A DNA stretch of 64,000 nt from Spirogloea muscicola (Eukaryota): positions 313,593 through 377,592 of the forward strand of contig WELB01000014.1 in NCBI GenBank assembly GCA_009602725.1, in the 5' to 3' direction. Numbering within the stretch: position 1 is the first letter of the stretch; each line of letters starts with the position of its first letter. The notes under the pieces were generated by a model. That model was not told the DNA's origin. It saw nothing but the letters and a program-made list of their open reading frames with translations, and did not search any database. The translations under genes were made by a program, and so were the position numbers. This document shows positions 45,052 to 64,000 of this stretch, piece after piece.

Positions 45052-46083
45052 TGTTCCTGAGTTTTTCAGCTTCGGCTCCTTGCCGGCCCCTCTTGCCTAA
45101 GATCACCACTCCACTTTTTGGGGCTACCAAGTCAGCCACCGTCCTCTCTTTGGACCCACTCCTCTCCAGAATTTGTTGTATATGCATTCTTCCTGGGCAC
45201 CCAAACAAGGTGCTGGACTGGGCACAGAAGGGCCATCAAGGGGTCAGTGTAATAGACAAAAACGGGTAGGAACAAGGTTGAGTGTGGAGTATATTCTGTT
45301 AGTATAGTGGCTGCCAAATCTTTCCGCTTATTGTTGCAGCATGTCTGCACAGTTGAGCGCTGTGCTGCGGTGTATATATGGATGCGTCAGCTTCAAGCCC
45401 ACAAGAAAGAGTCCTGCTTCTTGATGCGGCCTGCACATGGATGATGGGCTGTTGATGTTTCTATCTACAAACAGCAAGCACAGTGAGGAGCCCCATGAGC
45501 GCGCCCAAGGGAAGACATGGAGATCTCCCTTGGGATCTCCATTTATGTTTTGACCCGTGGTTACTGAGCGGGTCACTTTGCTGTGGATTATGTAGGTCTT
45601 TAGATGTGCTTGCCTTTGTACTTGGCCTTTGGCCTTCGTTTGTTTCAAATACACGAAATTTTCCTTGGGACGGGAGGGCGCTGAGTGGCGGCAAGGAAAC
45701 GCAACTGTAAATAAGAAGCCCCTATCCTCAATGGGCGAGCCCTTTCTTCCAACTGAAAATGAGAAGGGAGACGCTTCGAAGAGAGGGCGGTGGTTGGGAG
45801 CGGCCCAGCCCAGAAAAAAGAACGAACGTATAAACAGGACTCAGCGGCGTCCAGTTGCAACCCAGGCTGCCCGGCTCCGTCAGCGCCAACTTTGTGGCAA
45901 CGCCACAGTCGACTCCAGCCGCGGCGGCGGCGGCGGCGGCGGCGGCGACGGCGNCGGCGGCGGCGGCGGCGAGGGGCGCGCGCGGGCCAGAGCGTCGTCG
46001 GGTGCGCCGTGGGACGCGTCCTGTCCCGGCACATTTGCCGTATTATTGCCCCGCGCCAGCGGAGCGCCGTCGCCTCGGAGCCC

Positions 46084-47753
46084 ATGGCGCTCCGCCGCCG
46101 GCGGCCCGCCCTGCCGGCGCTCCTTCTGGTGCTGGCCGTCGCTGCCGCCTCGGTCGCGGCCTCTGAAGGTGCAGCAGAGGCCCTGCCCGCTGTCCGCTTT
46201 CTGCTGCTGATGTGGGTCATGCCAGCATGCTGCTCGCACTGAGACTTAGCCTCTTGTTCACTCCCAAGCTGAGTGCTGGAAACACGCGAGTGGCTCTATG
46301 ACGGAGCCCTTATCAGTACGTCGTCGAGGATATTGGCGTCCATGAATGCTAGTAAGGCCCTAATGCACAAGTACGGCCTGTGCTGTGGCGGCTCAGACGC
46401 GGGTCCAGCAGCGGACGTGGACTACTCCAAGCTGCGGGTCAAAGAGCTGAAAGTACGCCCCCTATCAGAAGGACGAGCCACTAGCATGGGACGAGCACAG
46501 CAGCGGCCAGTGACCACGTATGTTTTGCAGTCACTGTTCCTCACAAACTCCTCCCCTGTCCTCGGCGCAGAAGCTGCTGGATGAGCGGGGAGTGGAGTGC
46601 TTGGGCTGCGTGGTCCGTAACATCTCACCCACTGTGCACTCAATGGGCAAGAATGTGGGAGTTGGGTCACAATCAGCTAGCAAAGTGCTTCCAGGTCATG
46701 TTTGACACAGAGACAGAATACATCATGCTTATCCTGGACAAGGTGCAGCCTGGACGACTTTAGGACAACCAAGGAGTAAGCTAAGCCCCATTTGGCTGGT
46801 GTATGCACTGTTGCATCTTGTGTGGTGACAAGTGTGCATCCTTGACATTTCCAGTATGAGGCTTAGCATTTCACAGTTGCCGCTGTAAGCGAAGGTCAGC
46901 AAGCGGAGCCTTGTTATGCATGACCAGGAGAAGGAGCATCTAGTGGCAAAGGTCAAAGAAAGCGTTGATCTACCTGTCCTCTCAGAAGAAGAGCTGAAAG
47001 CAAGGCAACCTCCCAGTGCAGCTGACATCCAGAGGAAGAAGGATGAGGAAATTGAGATTCAACAAATACTTGGTCAGTCGTACGAGCTGTGGTCCTTCTT
47101 CAGAAACTCATTCGGAATGCGGTCTTAGTGACTGCAGGAATACTTGCCTTGAACATGACATCAGCAATAGTTGATCCACGCTTCTTCCGCATTCATAAGA
47201 TAAGATCTTATGCAGGGGTTTGATGTCTTACCTCAACATGCTGACATTCTTCCACCTTTCAGAGTTGCTAATGTTGCTGATTTTCCCCTTGTCATTCACT
47301 GATTACAGAGCAGCTGAAAAAGGATGGCTACATGAAGAAAGGGGTATGTCATCCTGCAGTATCCATATCTGAAGCTGTATCCATATCTGAAGCTTCTGCA
47401 GCCAGCAGCAACTGATTCTTTGGCTGGATGCACAATGCAATGAAGCACACAGTCACAGGGCTTGCCTTTGATGTTGACAGTGTTGCTACTCCCATGTGTC
47501 CATGGTTGAGCAGCACTTAGGCATCTTGGCTGATAGTATTTAGCTTGCGGATAATTGGGGGCCCTACCGCTTATGCTTGATTTAAGTACTGAATTACGGT
47601 TGTACACTGCAGGCGGGACAGAAGGGGTTTGATGACATGCCAGACTTTTCGTCCTTCGTGAACATCAAAGGAGGTCCCGGCAAAGATAAGCCGCGAGATG
47701 GCAAGGCTGGTGGTGAGAGTGGGGCCCCGGAAGAGCTGCAAGAGGAACTGTAA
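46084..47753 (+). CDS. Small secretory-pathway protein with MANF/ARMET C-terminal SAP-like domain and KDEL-like C-terminus (QEEL)
   Basis: Exons 46084-46168, 46397-46452, 46571-46612, 46928-47072, 47309-47343, 47613-47753 splice in frame: signal peptide, DYSKLRVKELK|KLLDERGVECLGCV|EKEHLVAKVKE, ...PEELQEEL*. Confidence 0.82.
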
Positions 47754-48279
47754 TGCTTGATCCTCCAACTGTCACTTGACAGCACCACATTCCTTAGGCC
47801 CACGATGCCCATTGCCCCTGCCCCTGCAGATCTGTGCTTTGGTGCCCTTCTTCCCATTGATCATCATTGAAGGTCAATCATCTCATGCTCTCAGAAATCA
47901 AGCAGCACATACTTCCATCTATTGCTGGAGAGAAACTGTGATCTGGCTGCACATGCTTTAGTGTTATTCCTTGTTTGTCACGCCGCAGAGATTCACTGGC
48001 TCTCAGATCCCACCTGATCACCATCATGCATGGGAGTAGTGCAGAGGCAGAAAAGCCAGCGAAGTGCCCTCGCATTCGGCAAGAGCACAACCATTGACAG
48101 GGTCACCTGCGCTGGCGCCAGATGATGTACCGAAGTCCTATTCTATGAGGGCGGCAGATACGAGCTGAAGTGCCAGCTGACACCCCCTGGCGTAACTTGC
48201 CTTATTAGCTCCAGACTTGCCATCAACGTGGACTGGAGGTGTAAGCTCTAAGAAGGGTGAAAGGGAGAAAGCCCTCATG

Positions 48280-49894
48280 CTAGCTCAACGCAGCCTCCCT
48301 GGCGCAGACCCCCGGGGCTGGGCAACCCGCCGCCAGAGGCAGTCGCAGATTCTGGGTAGTACGGAATGTTCGCGGCAGCATGTTATCGACGTAGAGCAGG
48401 CCCTTGAGGTGATCGCACTCGTGCTGCATCAGCAACACGCGCAGTCAGGGCCCTAGCCATCAGCAGCCCGACCAGGACAGCGTGCCCAAGCCGACAGGAG
48501 CAGAGGATGGGGAGCATGGCTTGTCCATGATTTGCAGCTAGTCGAAGACCATATTGAGCAATGAAGTCGGGTGAACATCATTAGTAGGGACTCCTCAGAA
48601 CGGGACTCCTAAGAGCAGGAGTCATTGTCATATAATCTCAGGTGTACAGTGGACTCCGCGGCGTGTATGAGAGGTGTTGCTCCTGTGGAGCGGCAAATGG
48701 CCATGGCTGGACCCAGGAGGAGCGCTTGCTCACTGGGGGAGACGGCACCCACCTGGAGAATGCGTGCCTGCCAGCCAGAGGCGGTGAGATTAACGGGCCT
48801 GCCGTCGCGAGCGAGGCCAGAAACCTCCACTTCCAGGTGACGCCGCACGAGCGCCCGGTAGCCAGTCACGCTGCAGACATTGAGCACGATCGCGCCATCA
48901 GCTTGGCTTGCTGCCGCCATGCAATGGCAGGGGTGGCTAGCGGGCCAGGTGGCGAGCAGGTCGACCTGAGGCAGCCCTCGAAGAAGTTGGCAGTGTCATC
49001 CCCGACGAGGCGGAGCACCGGGTTGATGATCACCTGCGCTGACCGGGAGGAGCCAGGAGGGCGGCGCGTGGGGCTGATGAGCGCCGCTTGCTGGGCTGCG
49101 CCCACGATGGCACACTAGGTGGTGGTGGGGCAGTGGCGGTGGCCAGATGGGAGCTCTCAGGGCGGGCGGGCGCTCACGAGCAGGCCAAACGGCTCGCGCT
49201 GCTGCGCGCGCGCCTCCTCGGGCGACGAGTAGGCGATGAGCTCGGCGGTGTCCTCGAGGACGATGATCTGACGCCGCCAGCAGAAGAGCAGAGCCGCCGC
49301 CACAATCTCAGTTGACCACTGGACATGAGAAGGGTGGCAGCAGGGCGTATGTGTACCCCAGGCTGTGAGGCTGGGAGGCTTTACCTGCAGGGGAACGCCA
49401 ATCTGTGGCGCGGAGAGGCCGACGCCTGGCGCGTTGCGCATGACTGCCACCATGTCGTTGATCACCTTGTCAAGTGCCGGGGTCCCAATGTCCTGCACGG
49501 CCGCAGCACCTCGCAAGCCTGCCAGCTGCTAAGGCAGGCCTGGAGAGCCAAAGCAGATGACATGGGGGGCCAACGAGAAAGGGGGGAAGAAGCGCAAGCA
49601 ATGAAGAAGGTGAGTGAAGGGAGCGAGGGAGGGAGGGAGGGAGAGAGGAGGGGAGGGGGAGGAAGGGGAGGATGGAGGGAGGGAGGGAGGGAGGGAGGGA
49701 GCGCTACCTGGAGTGGGACCTCTGCCGCAGGCTCGTGCAGCACGGGGTCGCCGGCCTGCACCACCTCCGGCAGCGACGGGCGGCCGAAGCCGAAGAGGCT
49801 GACAGCCGGCGGCGGCGGCCCGGCGCTGCGGCGGCCCTCGCGGCGGGACGGCGAGGGCGACAGCGTGGGCGCGGCGCCGGGCAGCGCGGGGATG

Positions 49895-49896
<2 letters not shown>
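48280..49896 (-). CDS. PDF1A: Peptide deformylase 1A (organellar), 5' end in gap
   Basis: [13 protein letters not shown]; motif 1 [11 protein letters not shown]; motif 2 FFEGCL|SV; motif 3 [12 protein letters not shown]1A-type tail [17 protein letters not shown]. Confidence 0.95.
49619..49701 (+). repeat. (GGGA)n purine tract in PDF1A intron
   Basis: Near-pure G/A run with many GGG tracts. Confidence 0.85.
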
Positions 49897-49989
<93 letters not shown>

Positions 49990-50279
49990 NNNNNNNNNNN
50001 NNNNNNNNNNNNNNNNNNNNNNNNNNNNNNNNNNNNNNNNNNNNNNNNNNNNNNNNNNNNNNNNNNNNNNNNNNNNNNNNNNNNNNNNNNNNNNNNNNNN
50101 NNNNNNNNNNNNNNNNNNNNNNNNNNNNNNNNNNNNNNNNNNNNNNNNNNNNNNNNNNNNNNNNNNNNNNNNNNNNNNNNNNNNNNNNNNNNNNNNNNNN
50201 NNNNNNNNNNNNNNNNNNNNNNNNNNNNNNNNNNNNNNNNNNNNNNNNNNNNNNNNNNNNNNNNNNNNNNNNNNNNNNN

Positions 50280-59550
<9,271 letters not shown>

Positions 59551-59884
59551 AACTCTTAGGCGCTGCGCGACTACTACATCTATACACATATGACTTGGAA
59601 AATAGTCATATGCTTGGCTTTCTGTTCTTTAACCACCACGAATCTGATACACAACACAACTTGAATGTGCAACACTTACTGAAGGTTTAGGTTTACATTG
59701 AGGTGCAGCTTGTGTACATGATCACAACCATGCTAAGGCATGTCAGTGGAAATTAATGGGAAGTATATGGTTAGCCGCTACAGCCCACATGCACGCGCCC
59801 ATGAGCTTGTGCAGCAGGTTAGGTGAGGTTAGATGAGGCACGGCCCCGCTGCAGGTGGCGCACTTGCCCAGAATTCACTACATT

Positions 59885-61463
59885 CTAGCCTGTGTCGAGC
59901 GTCTCCTCACTGCCTGTACTTTGAGGAAGCACAGTTGCATGTGGTGCCTCCTGCTCAGGTCTGCGACCAATGATGGGCGATATGGGAGGTTCCAGTGGAA
60001 GTGGCGGCTGCGGTTGAGCCTGGAGCTCCGATGATGCCTGATGTGGGACATCTGCTTCTGGCATAGCCAGCTGCACGCCGGCGTGCCGCAGGTGGAGGAT
60101 GACATGCAACGCCACCTCGTCGGCACGCGAAAGGAAGGGAAAGTCACCACCGGACTTGAGCAATGCCTTCCTGGCGCCAGGGTACCTCTGGCCATCCAAC
60201 ACAGAGAGCTTGAGAAGGAGATATGGTGAGCTAGTATGGCTGACTACAGAACTCATGATGCTCGGCCTGCATTGCACATCTAGTATGCACCTTGTGTCTG
60301 TGCAAGTTCTCAGAAACTGCGGTGTGACCAAAGAATGCAGAGGCCTTTCACGGTATGCAAGCTGTGCTCATCGCAAGGCCCTCGCAGCCCTTCAAATGCA
60401 CAATAAGGACTCCTGCCGCGAGGGGGCCTTGCCTATCTGCCAAGCCAGCAGACACTGAGATGAATGACTTGATGTCGTACCCTGTACACGGCATCGCGCA
60501 GCTCACGCGGCGTTGCGGAGTAGTCATTGGTGTCCATGATGGTGATGCTCTCGTCGCCCAGAGGCAGCGGCGGAACCGCCGCCGGCGTCGTGTTGATCAA
60601 CAGCCGCGACGCCAGCTGTGCGCGCTGCAGGGACTCCAGCTGCGACTCGGCAAGACATAATGCACGAGAGTAAGCGAGAGAGTGACGAACAATCGCCAGC
60701 AGCAAATCATCGCCAAAGAGCTCACGACAATGCCGGACGATTTACACGGCGGGCTCTGTGCAGTACGTCAGCGGGCCACCTGGGACACGACGAAGTCGAT
60801 GGAGTCGGCGATCTCGGTCTCCTGCGCAGTCTCCCGCAGGCCCTGCAGGACCATGCGCTTGAGAACGAAGTCCGGAGCCCATGGGTACCTGCACGCAGAC
60901 ATGCACCAGGGGCCCGCTGCATGAGCGAGCAGCGCCTCACCAACAGCCAGGCTGCTCATCTGCACCGCTCGTGGAATGAGCTAAGCCCTTGATCCAGCGC
61001 CAAAGACGGCCACCCATGTGGGCAATGGCGTGCCGACTGGTGGCAGCAAGCCACAGGCCATGGAGGCCGGGGAAGGCGCGGGCGGCAGTAGCGGCACGAC
61101 AACTGAAGCGTGCAAACGACTTCACTCAGAAGCTATTGACGATCTGTACACCAATGTAGACATCGACGTAGACATCAATGTAGACACAGAGACTGCGGCT
61201 GCTGATGGTTAAAGGAGCGGCTGTGGAACCAACGGACAGGGAGCTCCAGCGGAAGGCGGCGGCGAAGCGGGCGGTGTCGAGGAAGGTGTTGGAGAGGAGG
61301 AGGGACTTGACGCGGCGCGGGCGGTGCGCGGCGTAGAGCTGCGCCAGGAAGCCGCCGAGCGCGGTGCCGTAGACGTGCACGGCGTCGACGCGCAGCGCGT
61401 CCAGGAAGCGGTCGAGGCCGGCGAGGTACTCCTGCCGCGTCCACAGCTCCGGCGCGTCCACCG
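59885..61463 (-). CDS. Maspardin-like alpha/beta-hydrolase-fold protein; 5' part missing at single-N gap
   Basis: VHVYGTALGGFLAQLYAAHRPRRVKSLLLSNTF; WAPDFVLKR; IADSIDFVV; LASRLLIN; ITIMDTNDY; YPGARKALLKSGGDFPFLSRADEV...LHLR. Confidence 0.88.
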
Positions 61464-62535
61464 NGTACTAAGCAAGGACTCGTAACCTGGTCAGTAGCCG
61501 CAAGTCAGAGCTGCTGCTAAGTAAGCTGACCCCAGTGGCTCGGTAACCGCGAGACAGCACGTGGAGGTTGCTGACTGATGCCCAGACCACCGGACGGCCA
61601 CTGACAAGCCCTTTTTGTGCCCACCAGCTAAAGCCAGAGCAGGAGCGCTCTGGGGGGTGCCCCAGTTCCGTCGCCCAATGCATCCCGCGAACATCCTCCG
61701 GACACGGACTGGGCTGGCGGGGCCCGCCGTGATGCCGCTCTCCGCCGCTGCTCGGCCCGGCCCGTCGATCCCACTGCATCGGACGGTGCCCGACGGCCCC
61801 CGGACGGAGGGCTTGGGGCCTAGGGCTTTTGTAGCCCCCCTCTCTTCATCTCATCGCCACGCCACGTACCGGGGGCCTACCGCACCGCCGCCGCCGCCGC
61901 CGCCGCCGCGGCCGCCGCGGCGGCGCTGATCACCACGGGCGTTTAGCGTTTAGTGATCCAGGGGATTAGGGGTTAACGGTTTACGGTTTCAGTTTCGGTC
62001 AGCTAGCTCCTCCACTCAGTCAGTGAGAGCCCCCCTCGTCTATTGTGCTCACCTCCGTTGCAGATCCAGCACTGTGGACCTCTTTGATATACACTTATGC
62101 CTTGCGGATGCAAACCCCCCTTGACGTCCATCTGTGATGTGTTAGGAGGAGAAGTTGGTCATCGAATGAGCGCTCAGCATGGAGTGGAGGTGGTTAAGCC
62201 AGTCTGCCATGGTTGAATGTCACTTGGTACGACTGACTACAGCCCGAAAATGTAGCAGGTTTCCTCCATCTTCATGACTAGCGCACTCTGTGCACCTTTG
62301 CCTGTGGCAACTCTTTGCAGCGCTAGCTCGCACGAAGCCACTGCACAGTTGAGCTCTGAGTGCTTATGCTGCACACATATGGCTGACTCAGATTGCACTT
62401 CAGATGTGCACCCTTCAAATTGTCGATGTGCAACCGCTGGGATTGTGACATACACTTGCAGTACTGGCGGAGATCCAAAGCTGTTCTGATGGGACACACT
62501 ATGTCCTGACGAGCTCTAGGTGGTACTTTCCTACT

Positions 62536-62764
62536 AAGTTGATTGCTTGGCATTTGCTTGCAATAATTGGCCAGGGCGTCCGCCTACTCATCTGTTCCTG
62601 AAATAGCAAAGCAAGCAGATAATCCTCGAGTGGTTTTTTCTGTGACCCAAGTTGATTGCTTGGCATTTGCTTGCAATAATTGGCCAGGGCGTCCGCCTAC
62701 TCATCTGTTCTTGAAATAGCAAAGCAAGCAGATAATCCTCGAGTGAATTTTTCTGTGACCCAAG
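62536..62764. repeat. 113-bp tandem duplication
   Basis: AAGTTGATTGCTTGGCATTTGC...TTCTGTGACCC at 62536 and 62649, about 3 mismatches. Confidence 0.95.
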
Positions 62765-63272
62765 ATGGGCTTGTGGGCAGCACTTGTTTAGTGCACCAGC
62801 CCACACCAACATTAGCAGCGAGCTCAAGTGTAAGCTCTACGTCACACATTGGCCAGCTCTTATTTACGGCATGGGAAGGAACGTCCCTGGACGAACTCTC
62901 TCTCATCTCATTAATCACCGTGTGCTGATTTTGTGAGTACTATAAGTAAAGGAGCTGCTGTACATTTGCGCCTCTACGTCTTTTGCATTTGTGGCCCCCT
63001 TCTCTCTGATGCGCAGTGTTACCTACAAGTACATGCCATCTCCTATAAGCCCTCCAGCGCCAGTGTTCAAGCTGCGCTCGACTTTTGCATGGCCTGCATT
63101 TGCGCAACCCCAATGCCGTGCAATATGGAGTGCCGGATCGGCCATCCCTTGCTTAGCTTGCTTACTTGTGGCCCCTTCCACGTTGGCAGGCGGCCGCTAT
63201 GACCACCTCCTTCTGCAAGGAAGCTGGTGCAGAGGCCTGGCTTGCCAGCAGAGCCACTTATGGCCGCCAACC

Positions 63273-64000
63273 TCACGACAATAGCGCCTCAGCAAGGGTC
63301 ATCTTGCCACCTGCTGTCACTGTGTGGCCATGGCAAGGCACGAGTGCATCCCACTCCCAGTTGAGGATGCGCCGCACCTGCTCTTGGTACCGCTCTCGGC
63401 GCGCCAGCATGAAGGTCCGATAGAACGGCCGGTACACGCGGTCCATACCCTGCTTAAAGAGCCACGTTCCGCCTGGCGAGTCGGCCGGGTAGTTCCACCA
63501 CAAGTCGGTCACGAAGAGCACGCCCGACGGACGATGGTGGAAGACCACCTGCACGCTCATCTACTAGTCAGTATGTCAAGCACAGAGAAGCTCTTCGGCA
63601 GCCGCATGGAGCTTTGTGGAAGTCCGTGGTCAGGTTCCAAGCGAAGCAAGCAGGGCAGAGGCACGTCCAGACAGCATCCCACCTCATTGAAAAACGGCTT
63701 CCGGTTGAAGGGGTTGTGCTCGTAGTCCAGCCATGCAAGATCGAACTCGCCTTGCCAAGCCTCCGGCGCGACATTGTCCCAGCCGACTTCCTCCTGGATG
63801 CCCACTTTTGGCTTCTTCTCCTTGATGCCAGGACACCCTGCTCAACGTCCACGCCGTGCACCATGTTGTTGAGGCGGGAGACTCAGCAGTACTGGAGCAA
63901 CATTGACCAGTACTTGATGACGTTGTGGGTATGAGGTGGACGACTCAGCTTACCGTACGCTCTGGCCGCAGGGTAGGCATCAATCCACTGCTGTGCAAAC
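63273..64000 (-). CDS. DUF4336-like (metallo-beta-lactamase-like) protein, 3' part
   Basis: FAQQWIDAYP; KPFFNE|VVFHHRPSGVLFVTDLWWNYP; RILNWEWDALVPCHG. Gene continues beyond the window end. Confidence 0.8.

Noticed and set aside
47359..47394. 18-bp tandem duplication in an intron (and a 12-bp x3 repeat at ~61153-61187)
   Set aside because: Ordinary slippage duplications with no sign of function.
62536..62764. Repeats considered as a CRISPR-like array (also the 29-bp duplications and the 23-bp repeat at 31592/31736)
   Set aside because: Only two copies each, no regular unique spacers, no cas genes, eukaryotic context.

Overview
Eukaryotic, GC-rich, intron-rich and gene-dense nuclear DNA from a green plant lineage. 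A streptophyte alga (Zygnematophyceae-like) is my inference from the BZR/BES1, DUF579/GXM and PPD3 genes together with many short introns; this is not verified. About 17 spliced genes were reconstructed by eye: GXM/AGM-type DUF579 methyltransferase, a plant DUF protein fused to a methyltransferase-like domain, ATG14, NF-YB, non-canonical BZR/BES1, RBM24/ARP1-like RRM protein, TFIIS-N-domain protein, organellar ProRS, a possible VQ-like protein, BSD protein, PPD3, ING2, a MANF/ARMET-C-domain ER protein, PDF1A, a BIG ARF-GEF, maspardin and a DUF4336-like protein. Most intergenic regions upstream of genes carry modules of one dispersed repeat family (a CCAAT/CATGCGCACCGCGCG module, TGGGCT tracts, a ~240-bp inverted-repeat arm, a short TGACCCG hairpin), plus two decayed RLE non-LTR retrotransposon fragments. 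Several 5' exons fall in assembly gaps, some of which are flanked by artefactual poly-A/T. Best leads: the glycan-methylation gene pair with a domain fusion, the stand-alone MANF-like SAP/CXXC ER protein, the promoter-associated repeat module, the BAM7/8-like BZR lacking an amylase domain, and a possible spliced non-coding (snoRNA host) locus. All family calls come from motif recall; no database searches were run.
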